Positions 63,961-64,000 of a stretch of 64,000 bases of DNA are shown here, piece after piece. Below the pieces are notes generated by a model that saw only the letters and a program-made list of their open reading frames with translations, was not told where the DNA came from and ran no database searches. Location: the NCBI RefSeq assembly GCF_001194135.2, contig NC_068983.1, positions 28,353,339 to 28,417,338 on the forward strand, read 5' to 3'. Position 1 is the stretch's first letter; every line of letters starts with the position of its first letter. This stretch comes from Octopus bimaculoides (taxonomy: Eukaryota). The translations under genes were made by a program, and so were the position numbers.

Positions 63961-64000
63961 ACTGACTGTCTAGATCCCAGCAGTTGTATTTCTTAAAGAA

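Overview
AT-rich, microsatellite- and SINE-saturated animal genomic DNA from a gapped draft assembly, with several N runs. The repeat content (tRNA-derived SINEs with internal CA/TA tracts, Dong/R4, RTE, CR1 and Penelope relics) points to an octopus or other coleoid cephalopod; this is an inference. I could identify only one host coding exon: 117 nt on the minus strand (54257-54373), encoding the end of one WW motif plus most of the next. It aligns without gaps to the N-terminal WW region of FRMPD4/Preso as I recall that sequence. I found no downstream exon, so most of the window is probably one very large intron of a FRMPD4-like gene. Almost all ORFs in the supplied track are microsatellite read-throughs or decayed transposon fragments (pogo, Tigger, hAT, Ty3/Gypsy, Dong/R4, RTE, CR1, Penelope). 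The most unusual signal is a set of minimal type I hammerhead-ribozyme motifs of the Penelope-associated kind, nearly all with a palindromic, loop-less stem III. They include one fully canonical copy (12893-12987, minus), one in a 129-bp insert with a 15-bp target-site duplication (52202-52330), and a head-to-head pair with the compensatory U3-A8 core at the centre of a 228-bp near-perfect palindrome (2537-2764). Several lie on the host gene's sense strand. There is no CRISPR array, rRNA or genuine tRNA gene. All alignments and folds were done by eye, TE boundaries are approximate, and no activity or novelty has been demonstrated.
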